Shown in pieces: positions 56,904-64,000 of a stretch of 64,000 nucleotides of DNA; positions within the stretch are counted from its first letter, which is position 1, and every line of letters begins with the position of its first letter. The position numbers and the translations under genes were made by a program. The stretch is from assembly GCA_963765495.1 (NCBI GenBank), contig CAVXWP010000007.1, forward strand, positions 544,001-608,000, in the 5' to 3' direction. The notes below the pieces were generated by a model. The model saw only the letters and a program-made list of their open reading frames with translations. It did not search any database and was not told the DNA's origin. This stretch comes from Blastocatellia bacterium. Lineage in GTDB: Bacteria; Acidobacteriota; Blastocatellia; UBA7656.

Positions 56904-57560
56904 ATGAAATCATCTAGTCCGAGTCTCAGAGTATTAATCAGTTTTACTCTGGTCATAACGCTCACCACCGTCTTCACATTCCGCTCATTTGCTGCGGCTG
57001 AAAAGAGGGTGAAAGCCGAACCGGGTCCGCTGCTTCAAGAGCCTACCGGGACCGTCACAGTAGAGGGAAGCGTAAATGTAAACGGCAACGCGATCCAGAC
57101 CGGCGCGACCCTTTTGTCCGGCAGCATAATATCGACAGGCTCGGGCGGCAGGGCTACGATTGATCTTGGAACGCTCGGACGCATTGTCGTAGGCGACAGC
57201 ACGACCGTCACTTTGATATTTTCGCCCGGCAGCCTGCAGGTAACGTCGCAATGCTCGCAAACCGAGATCGAGGTGATGAGCGGCGAAGTTCGTGTGTCGT
57301 CTCCGAGCGTAGAGACGCTCACTGGCGGCAAAGAAAAGACTTATAACGGCAACGTAGTAGCCATGACAAACGGCGGCACGGATTTCGAGATTGATTGTAA
57401 GAGCAAAAAAGGCGCGGCTGGTGCCTTCACAGACGCGGGACTTCTGGGTCTGCTCGCGCTGATCGGAGTCGGTGCGGCAATTGCCGCCGGAATAGCGATT
57501 GGCGACGAAGGCCCGGTAACGCCGATCAATCAGCCGCCGGTCAGCCCAAGCGTGCCTTAA
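56904..57560 (+). CDS. Exported FecR-like beta-rich protein with a C-terminal TM helix and Pro/Ser tail
   Basis: AGGAGG RBS and ATG at 56904; signal peptide; VNGNAIQTGATLLSGSIISTG (FecR-like); C-terminus LLGLLALIGVGAAIAAGIAIG...PPVSPSVP. Confidence 0.65.
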   Translation: MKSSSPSLRVLISFTLVITLTTVFTFRSFAAAEKRVKAEPGPLLQEPTGTVTVEGSVNVNGNAIQTGATLLSGSIISTGSGGRATIDLGTLGRIVVGDSTTVTLIFSPGSLQVTSQCSQTEIEVMSGEVRVSSPSVETLTGGKEKTYNGNVVAMTNGGTDFEIDCKSKKGAAGAFTDAGLLGLLALIGVGAAIAAGIAIGDEGPVTPINQPPVSPSVP

Positions 57561-57619
57561 CGAGAAGCGGACGGTTTTATAGAGAGCCTTAGCAGCTAAA
57601 TTTCAGCGAGTTCATTGTC

Positions 57620-57654
57620 AGCGCCCCGGAAGTCTTTCGACACCGGGGCGCTTT
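57620..57654 (+). terminator. GC-rich hairpin, probable terminator
   Basis: AGCGCCCCGG...CCGGGGCGCT followed by a short T-run. Confidence 0.6.
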
Positions 57655-57722
57655 GCTTATCACTTAAATTTGCCTGTCACTTAAAAGGGGTTGCGCAAAA
57701 GAGTATTTGCTGGAGGTCTGAT

Positions 57723-57977
57723 TTGGCCGAGACGTTTTGCCCTGAATGCGGAGACGATCTGCACCGCTCGCATAGTCGAGGGCTCAACGAAAAACTGATC
57801 AAATCCTTTACCTCTTACAGAGCCTACCGATGTCTCGACTGCGGATGGCGCGGATGGCTGCCCAAGAGCCAGCGTCCGTTGCTTGCAAACCGGATGGCTA
57901 TCATCCAGGCCATCATAGTTTTTGTCGCTACTATCCTCATCATCCTGATTGCCCTCTTCGTCGCGCACCGCGCCTGA
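57723..57977 (+). CDS. Small Zn-ribbon membrane protein
   Basis: GGAGG RBS, then TTG at 57723; CPEC...RCLDC; C-terminal TM helix. Confidence 0.7.
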   Translation: MAETFCPECGDDLHRSHSRGLNEKLIKSFTSYRAYRCLDCGWRGWLPKSQRPLLANRMAIIQAIIVFVATILIILIALFVAHRA

Positions 57978-57988
57978 AGGCGACCAGA

Positions 57989-58113
57989 GCAGTAGGCGGT
58001 AGGCAGTAAGCAGTAGGCAGTAAATACTGAACTGACGGCTACTGCTAAAGAGAGCACGGCATATGAATAGGTGGTACCCAACTCCGTTACTGCCTACTGC
58101 CTACCGCCTACTG
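57989..58113. repeat. Palindromic element with (CAGTAGG)n heptamer arms, copy 2 (inverted relative to copy 1)
   Basis: GCAGTAGGCGGTAGGCAGTAAGCAGTAGGCAGTAA...TTACTGCCTACTGCCTACCGCCTACTG. Confidence 0.85.
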
Positions 58114-58243
58114 TCTACACTTAGCTCTTGCTTCGCCGGTCTGTCTTTGTCACAATGTTAAACCATCATATCCCCGATGGGTTTTGTGTTTATTTCTGCG
58201 CGGTCCTGTACCGCCGGGTCAGCGTTAAACTTAGGAGGCGAGA

Positions 58244-59257
58244 TTGAAAGTCGCAGTAAAGATCGCTCTTTTTGTTTTATCTATTTCAGCATCAGTTGCG
58301 TGGGGCCAGTCACCCATAACAAGCCTTGCGCTCGGACCGGATCAGATAGGACAGGTCAAGGCAGCGGTAGGCATCTCGACCAGGATTTCATTTCCTGAAC
58401 CTGTACAGGAAATCATTTGCGGAGACCTGTATGACCCTGGCAGCGGCAAAGGGACTTTTGTCGTCCAGCGTAGCGGCACAGATCAGCGCCCGGGCAATGA
58501 CGTTTTCCTCAAGCCCGTGGCCTCCAAAGGTATGAGCAACATGTTTGTCAGAACAGGAGAGGGCGGCGAGCATGTCTATAACTTCGACCTTGAGATCGTT
58601 CCGACATCCCAGGCGCAAAGAGTTGTCAATATTACCTATACTCCCAAGTCTCGCTCAAAAGAGGGAGAAGACTCCTCGATGGCTCAACCCAACGGCGAAA
58701 ATCCGGGTGACCTTGAACAGCGAAAGACTCAGGTGCTGGAAGCTGCTCGCCGCCAGGCCGACGATATAGTTCGCAATGCCCGGCAGCAGGCCGACCGCAT
58801 AGCCGCCGAGGCCGAAGCCAAAGTCGCCGAAACTGAGCGGCAGTCTACAGAACGGCTCCAGCAGGAACGCTTTCGCTCCTTCATGAGGGCCTATATGCTT
58901 GGTGTTCGCGAAACCAAAATCAAGAACTCCCGCGTGGCCGTCAACAAAGTAGTGCTGGCGCTTGATCCAAAGATTTTCACCTTCGACGATAAAGCCTTTG
59001 TGCGTTACACGATTCAAAATGGGGGCGATCAGCCTTTTAGCTTTGTCTCTTTGTCGCTTGAAACGACCTACGGCGATGAGACTCGCCCCGTCACATCTGA
59101 GTCGGTTCAGACAAAGACGGAAAACAAGCTTGACCCGGGCGAATCGCTCACAGGCGTTATAGCCTATGATCCGAAACAGATCGGGGCAAAGGACAAGCTG
59201 GCGCTTGTGATGCGCGGAGAGGAAAAGGCCGAAATCCTGCGCGTTAATATTCAGTAG
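58244..59257 (+). CDS. Secreted protein with a VirB9/TrbG/TraK-like N-domain, coiled coil and beta-sandwich C-domain
   Basis: AGGAGG RBS and signal peptide; STRISFPEPVQEIICGD...NDVFLKP...SNMFVRT...VYNFDL. Confidence 0.5.
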   Translation: MKVAVKIALFVLSISASVAWGQSPITSLALGPDQIGQVKAAVGISTRISFPEPVQEIICGDLYDPGSGKGTFVVQRSGTDQRPGNDVFLKPVASKGMSNMFVRTGEGGEHVYNFDLEIVPTSQAQRVVNITYTPKSRSKEGEDSSMAQPNGENPGDLEQRKTQVLEAARRQADDIVRNARQQADRIAAEAEAKVAETERQSTERLQQERFRSFMRAYMLGVRETKIKNSRVAVNKVVLALDPKIFTFDDKAFVRYTIQNGGDQPFSFVSLSLETTYGDETRPVTSESVQTKTENKLDPGESLTGVIAYDPKQIGAKDKLALVMRGEEKAEILRVNIQ

Positions 59258-59263
59258 ATATCT

Positions 59264-60019
59264 ATGAAGAAGCTAGCTGCACTCATTATTTTATTGGTTG
59301 CGCACGGGCTTGCAGAGGCGCAACAGCAGAGCATGTCTGCGCCTTCCCATTCCCCTATACCTATGCGTGTTACCAGCCAACAACCGGCTGATTCCAGGGA
59401 GAAGGTTGGGCAGGCTGAAAGCGAGAAGTCTCCTGCGCCCCCGACCGTGCAAATTAAGGCGATCACGGGCCGTCATATATCTACGAATAACCCGGCCCTT
59501 GATCAGATGGTGAAAGAGGCCGCCGCTCAGTACGGGATCGACCCCTGTTTGATAGTTTCCGTGATGAAGGCCGAGTCGTCATTTCACCTCGGAGCCGTAT
59601 CACCGAAAGGCGCTTCCGGGTTGATGCAGTTGATGCCTGCAACAGCGATCAGATTCGGAGTCCGAAATATATTTGATGCGCGAGAGAATGTCTTTGGCGG
59701 CGCGCGGTATTTGCGCTGGCTTCTGGATCGCTTTAACGGCGACGTGCGGCTCGCGCTCGCCGGATACAACGCGGGCGAGGGTGCCGTAGAGTTTTACGGT
59801 TATCGCATACCGCCTTTTCTCGAAACGCAGAATTATGTGCGAATGATCTATGCGCGCTACAGCGGTATTCACCTTACCTCGCCGCCCGAAGCGCCTGTAA
59901 CCGTTCAACCTGCGCCATCTGAGGTCGCCGAGGAAAAGACTCCTACCTATAACTACAACCAGGTCGTCAAGGGCTCTTCTTCGAGTCTGCCGGACGCGGA
60001 TGTAAAGGTTAAGCAATGA
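59264..60019 (+). CDS. Lytic transglycosylase (SLT domain)
   Basis: VMKAESSF, SPKGASGLMQLMPATA, LAGYNAGEG, ETQNYV. Confidence 0.92.
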   Translation: MKKLAALIILLVAHGLAEAQQQSMSAPSHSPIPMRVTSQQPADSREKVGQAESEKSPAPPTVQIKAITGRHISTNNPALDQMVKEAAAQYGIDPCLIVSVMKAESSFHLGAVSPKGASGLMQLMPATAIRFGVRNIFDARENVFGGARYLRWLLDRFNGDVRLALAGYNAGEGAVEFYGYRIPPFLETQNYVRMIYARYSGIHLTSPPEAPVTVQPAPSEVAEEKTPTYNYNQVVKGSSSSLPDADVKVKQ

Positions 60020-60128
60020 AGCTTTCATCCGGGCTGCCGGTCTGTTAGGCTGCCTGTCTGTCATCGCAGACACCATTGATGAGACCGGAATATTGATTGA
60101 GGAAGCCTGCCCCGCTTATTCCTGAGAG

Positions 60129-60548
60129 GTGGAAACATTGGATGTTAAACTGGAAGTGGCTCTCAAAAAGCACAGACAGTGGTTTGGGTCGTATAAGAAA
60201 TCGGGCGATTTGAAAAAGGTCCAGGTATGGCTCACAGTCAATGAAGGGCGGATTGAATTTATGTCTGCGGCTGAATCCTACAAGGTAAAACGCGCCCGCA
60301 GAAATCCACAGGTCGTCTGCTTCATTGGCAGCGAGAACGGTCCTTCGATTTCGGGAACCGCAGAGATCGTCACAGACAAACAGGCTTTGTGGCGCACCTA
60401 TCGCGCATATTGGAAGACTCATCCCTTGGGTATGCTCCTTTTATTTCTGGTGCTTCGCAGCCGTATAAAATCCGGCACGCAGGTGCAGGTTCGCGTGCGC
60501 CCGGATGAGCCTAACCCGCTTGCGGGGGTCTCTGATCCTGAACTGTGA
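60129..60548 (+). CDS. Pyridoxamine 5'-phosphate oxidase (PPOX)-like split-barrel protein
   Basis: SYKKSG...VW...SYKVKRARRNPQV...GTAEIV. Confidence 0.7.
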   Translation: METLDVKLEVALKKHRQWFGSYKKSGDLKKVQVWLTVNEGRIEFMSAAESYKVKRARRNPQVVCFIGSENGPSISGTAEIVTDKQALWRTYRAYWKTHPLGMLLLFLVLRSRIKSGTQVQVRVRPDEPNPLAGVSDPEL

Positions 60549-60676
60549 GAGATGCACCCGCGTTTTGTGTTCCGGGTATTTAGCGCCTCAACATATACTG
60601 TTGATACGGCGCACGCATAGGCAGGCGTTTGAGTCGGTAGAGGATCGAAGTTAAATCTGGGAGGAAGATCGAGCAA

Positions 60677-62128
60677 GTGAATATTTGTATTATAGGAACC
60701 GGGTATGTGGGTCTGGTTACCGGAGCGAGCCTGGCTTATCTGGATAACTCTGTCTGCTGTGTTGATATTGACAGGCAGAAGATAAGCAGACTGAAGGCGG
60801 GCCAGTCCCCGATCTTTGAGCCGGGCATAGAAGAGTTGATAGAGTCGGGAATAAAGGCCGGGCGATTGTCGTTTACCACCGATCTGGATGAAGCGATGCT
60901 TAATGCCGAGGTCATCTTTATCGCGGTAGGCACTCCGCCCCTGGCCGATGGAAGTTCCGATCTGAGTTATGTGAAATCGGCGGCACAGGGAATCGGGCGC
61001 GGCATTCTGGCAAATCACGGCAGCGGCCTTTTCAAGATCATAATAAATAAATCCACCGTCCCCGTCGGCAGCGGCAACTGGGTCGAGATGATCGTGCGAG
61101 AGCAGGTTCGCTCGCTTATCGCCACATCCGTCTTCAAAACGGATATACCAAACAATGACCGATCACAGAAAGTGCGCGAAATGGTCGATGAGATTTCGTC
61201 TACTTTTACCGTAGTCAGCAACCCGGAATTCCTCAGAGAAGGAACGGCGATCAGCGACACTTTTTATCCCGACAGGATTGTCATAGGCGCAAACGACGAG
61301 CGCGCTTTTCAGGTGCTTGAACGGCTCTACCGCCCGCTGCTCGATCAGAGCTTCGATCCTCCTCCCTCGATTTTGTCCCGCCCAAAGAATTTCGGGGCTG
61401 TGCCTCTTGTGACTACCGATCTGACGAGCGCCGAGATGATAAAATATGCGGCCAATGCTTTTCTGGCCATGAAGATCAGTTTTGCAAACGAGATCGCAAA
61501 TGTCTGCGAGCAGACCGGAGCAGACATCCTGCGAGTGATGCAGGGCATAGGGCTTGACGAGCGCATAGGAACCGGCTTTCTGAACGCCGGAATAGGCTGG
61601 GGCGGTAGCTGCTTTGGCAAAGATATATCAGCCCTGATACAGATCGCCCGCGAATATAACTATCACCCGCAGTTGCTCGAAGCGGTGAGCGCGGTCAACC
61701 GGCGACAGCGATCCGTGCTTATTCAAAAGCTTCAGGGAGCACTCAAGATAATCAAAGGTCGAACCATAGGGCTATTGGGACTCTCCTTCAAACCCAACAC
61801 GGATGATGTTCGCGATGCGCCGAGTTTCGACATCGCATCGGAACTGGTCAAGATGGGTGCGCGTGTAAAAGTCTATGACCCGGTAGCGATGGACTCATTC
61901 CGGGCGCAGCATCCCGATCTCGATCTGATCTATGCCCCAAACGTCACAGAACTGGCCGATGATTGCGATGCACTGGTCGTGGTCACCGAGTGGGAAGAGT
62001 TTCGTCAGCTTGACCTGAAATCGCTGCACAGGGAGATGACCGGGTGCGTACTTGTGGACGGGCGGAACGTTTTTGATGCGGCGGCTGCGACCGCAGTCGG
62101 ATTCAATTACATCGGAATTGGCAGATAA
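60677..62128 (+). CDS. ugd: UDP-glucose 6-dehydrogenase
   Basis: IIGTGYVGL, IAVGTP, KSTVPVG, SNPEFLREG, GWGGSCFGKD, FKPNTDDVR, DGRN. Confidence 0.95.
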   Translation: MNICIIGTGYVGLVTGASLAYLDNSVCCVDIDRQKISRLKAGQSPIFEPGIEELIESGIKAGRLSFTTDLDEAMLNAEVIFIAVGTPPLADGSSDLSYVKSAAQGIGRGILANHGSGLFKIIINKSTVPVGSGNWVEMIVREQVRSLIATSVFKTDIPNNDRSQKVREMVDEISSTFTVVSNPEFLREGTAISDTFYPDRIVIGANDERAFQVLERLYRPLLDQSFDPPPSILSRPKNFGAVPLVTTDLTSAEMIKYAANAFLAMKISFANEIANVCEQTGADILRVMQGIGLDERIGTGFLNAGIGWGGSCFGKDISALIQIAREYNYHPQLLEAVSAVNRRQRSVLIQKLQGALKIIKGRTIGLLGLSFKPNTDDVRDAPSFDIASELVKMGARVKVYDPVAMDSFRAQHPDLDLIYAPNVTELADDCDALVVVTEWEEFRQLDLKSLHREMTGCVLVDGRNVFDAAAATAVGFNYIGIGR

Positions 62129-62146
62129 ACCCCAGGCGACTCGATT

Positions 62147-62752
62147 ATGGTTGATACTCTCATAGAAGAAAAGATCGAATCTGGAACGGAGCATTTACCC
62201 GCTCCGCGCAAGTTTACCGTCGAAGAGTATTACCGGATGGGTGAGGCAGGCGTATTTCAGCCCGGAGAGCGAGTCGAACTTATCGAAGGGGTGATTCTAC
62301 GAATGAGTCCTAAAGGTACGAGACATGCCGCAAGCACAACATGCGCCGCCGTTTACTTTATCAAGACGCTCGGCGATCAGGTTGTCGTAAGAATACAAGA
62401 CCCCATCGACATCGGTCGCCATTCAGAGCCGGAACCCGATATAGTGCTCGCCGTCCCGCAGGAGAAAAAGTATTTCGATCATCACCCTCTCCCCTCAGAG
62501 ATTCTGCTTGTCCTCGAAATAGCTGACACGACCATTCCATATGATCGAGTGAAGAAGGGGCGTATCTATGCCCGCGCCGGGATTGCTCAGTATTTGATCC
62601 TGAATGTAAACACGAGAGAGCTTGAAGATTATACCGACCCCGATGAAGACGGGTATCGCGCTCGACAGACTTACCGAGCCGATCAAAGTTTTACCCTCCT
62701 TGCCTTCCCTGACATCGCCGTAGCGGTTCACGAACTGCTCCCACCCGAATAG
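62147..62752 (+). CDS. Uma2 (DUF820) family endonuclease-like protein
   Basis: FTVEEYYRM, VELIEG, SEPEPD, LVLEIAD, YARAGI. Confidence 0.9.
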   Translation: MVDTLIEEKIESGTEHLPAPRKFTVEEYYRMGEAGVFQPGERVELIEGVILRMSPKGTRHAASTTCAAVYFIKTLGDQVVVRIQDPIDIGRHSEPEPDIVLAVPQEKKYFDHHPLPSEILLVLEIADTTIPYDRVKKGRIYARAGIAQYLILNVNTRELEDYTDPDEDGYRARQTYRADQSFTLLAFPDIAVAVHELLPPE

Positions 62753-62867
62753 AGGCTCTCTTCCCACCCGTTCATATCAATAGCGAACCTGCGGGCGCAG
62801 TTCTCCTAATATGTCTTTGCCATCAGTGTCCGGGGCAGGCTAATATGCTTTTTCAAAAATTTAACCT

Positions 62868-63923
62868 GTGGAGTATTCGATGAATGATCAAGCCGGGGGC
62901 GTTGAACTTTCAACGCCGGTCAATGTAGCGGTGGTTGGATGTGGTTACTGGGGCAAAAACCTTGTGCGAAACTTTTCCCAGCTTCGCGCGCTTCGATGGA
63001 TATGCGACAGTAACCCGGCGTTGTTGCAATCGCAGGCTCTGGCTTATCCAAACGTCCGTTTGACCGACAGCATCGAAGAGGTGCTTGATGATGCGAGCGT
63101 CCAGGCGCTTGTGATCGCAGCGCCGGCGGCCCTGCATTACGACCTCGCAAAACAGGCGATCTCAAAAGGCAAAGATGTGTTTGTCGAAAAACCTCTGGCG
63201 CTCAGATACCACGAGGGCCGCCAGCTTGTAGAGATGGCCGAAGCCGGAGGCGTCATCCTTATGGTCGGCCACATTCTGGAATACCATCCGGCCATTGTGT
63301 TGCTCAAAGACCTGATAAGCCGGGGCGAACTGGGCCGCGTGCGTTATATTTATTCCAACCGTTTGAACCTGGGCAAGGTACGCCAGGAAGAGAACATTTT
63401 GTGGAGCTTCGCGCCGCACGATATTTCAGTCATATCGAGCCTTGTCGGAGCCGACCCCGAAGTGGTCAGCACTTCCGGCGGCAGCTATCTTCAATCCGGC
63501 ATAGTGGATGTGACAGTAACCGATCTGTTGTTCGACGATGGAGTGAGGGCGCACATCTTCGTAAGCTGGCTGCACCCTTACAAGGAGCAGAAACTCGTGG
63601 TAATCGGCGACCGCAAGATGGCGGTCTTTGATGATACGGCTCGCGAAGGCAAACTGAAATTATATGACAAGGGCATCGAATGGCGGGCCGGGCTTCCCGT
63701 CCCCCGACAGACGGCCGAGACGACGCTCTTTTTTGAAGAGACCGAACCTCTGCGGCTTGAATGCGAGCATTTTCTCAGTTGCGTCGGCGCTCGCCGCCGA
63801 CCTCTGACCGATGGAGAAAACGCATTGCGGGTGCTCAAGATTTTGGAGGCCAGCCAGTTGTCTCTTGAGCGAGGCAACGTTCCCGTAGCCCTTGCCGAGA
63901 TCGAAAAAGGAGGCGAGGCATGA
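62868..63923 (+). CDS. Gfo/Idh/MocA oxidoreductase (WbpB-like); likely ATG at 62880
   Basis: VVGCGYWGKNL, VFVEKPLA, FAPHDIS; overlaps the start of a WbpD-like gene. Confidence 0.85.
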   Translation: MEYSMNDQAGGVELSTPVNVAVVGCGYWGKNLVRNFSQLRALRWICDSNPALLQSQALAYPNVRLTDSIEEVLDDASVQALVIAAPAALHYDLAKQAISKGKDVFVEKPLALRYHEGRQLVEMAEAGGVILMVGHILEYHPAIVLLKDLISRGELGRVRYIYSNRLNLGKVRQEENILWSFAPHDISVISSLVGADPEVVSTSGGSYLQSGIVDVTVTDLLFDDGVRAHIFVSWLHPYKEQKLVVIGDRKMAVFDDTAREGKLKLYDKGIEWRAGLPVPRQTAETTLFFEETEPLRLECEHFLSCVGARRRPLTDGENALRVLKILEASQLSLERGNVPVALAEIEKGGEA

Positions 63924-64000
63924 CCGATTATTTTGCCCACGAATCGAGCTTTGTAGACGAGGGCGCGCGCATAGGGCAGGGCACGAAAATCTGGCATTTC
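63920..64000 (+). CDS. Hexapeptide-repeat N-acetyltransferase, WbpD-like (partial)
   Basis: Manual translation MTDYFAHESSFVDEGARIGQGTKIWHF; AGGAGG RBS and ATGA overlap with the previous stop. Confidence 0.8.
   Translation, partial: MTDYFAHESSFVDEGARIGQGTKIWHF

Noticed and set aside
57615-57722. Upstream extension of the Zn-ribbon ORF
   Set aside because: It overlaps a terminator-like hairpin; the RBS supports a start at 57723.
58244-62752. Conjugative element or prophage suggested by the SLT, VirB9-like and Uma2 genes
   Set aside because: No integrase, relaxase, VirB4/VirD4 or phage structural genes are present, and Uma2 genes are commonly scattered singletons.

Overview
Bacterial chromosomal window; the gene repertoire suggests Acidobacteriota (Blastocatellia-like), which is an inference. 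It opens with a partial mtnA and two small genes. Next (3.0-21.7 kb) come three giant secreted proteins of 1718, 2017 and 1915 aa. Each has a different N-terminal passenger fused, through a PT(A/L)-xx-x-xx-F/I junction and an Ig-like domain, to a conserved PorU/gingipain-like C25 cysteine peptidase module with an intact His/Cys pair. Directly downstream is a RiPP-like trio: an HprK-related kinase, a PqqD/RRE protein whose C-terminus carries a twin-arginine leader and a 27-aa C-C-CC-C-C knottin-pattern peptide, and a nucleotidyltransferase, with a convergent cupin-like gene after them. The 26-56.7 kb region is a Wzx/Wzy-dependent surface polysaccharide locus (ligase-like protein, wza, wzc, wzx, glycosyltransferases, a frameshifted wzy, and a PglCDEF-like set). 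Envelope genes, ugd and WbpB/WbpD-like genes close the window. The best candidate for a new system is a 'self-sortase' surface display system, possibly coupled to the RRE-knottin cassette and the glycan locus. Other oddities are extreme purine/pyrimidine strand-skew blocks in the third giant gene, a heptamer-armed palindromic element present twice, interleaved inverted repeats, and recurrent 15-bp duplications at gene ends. All family assignments come from motif recognition by eye; no searches were run.
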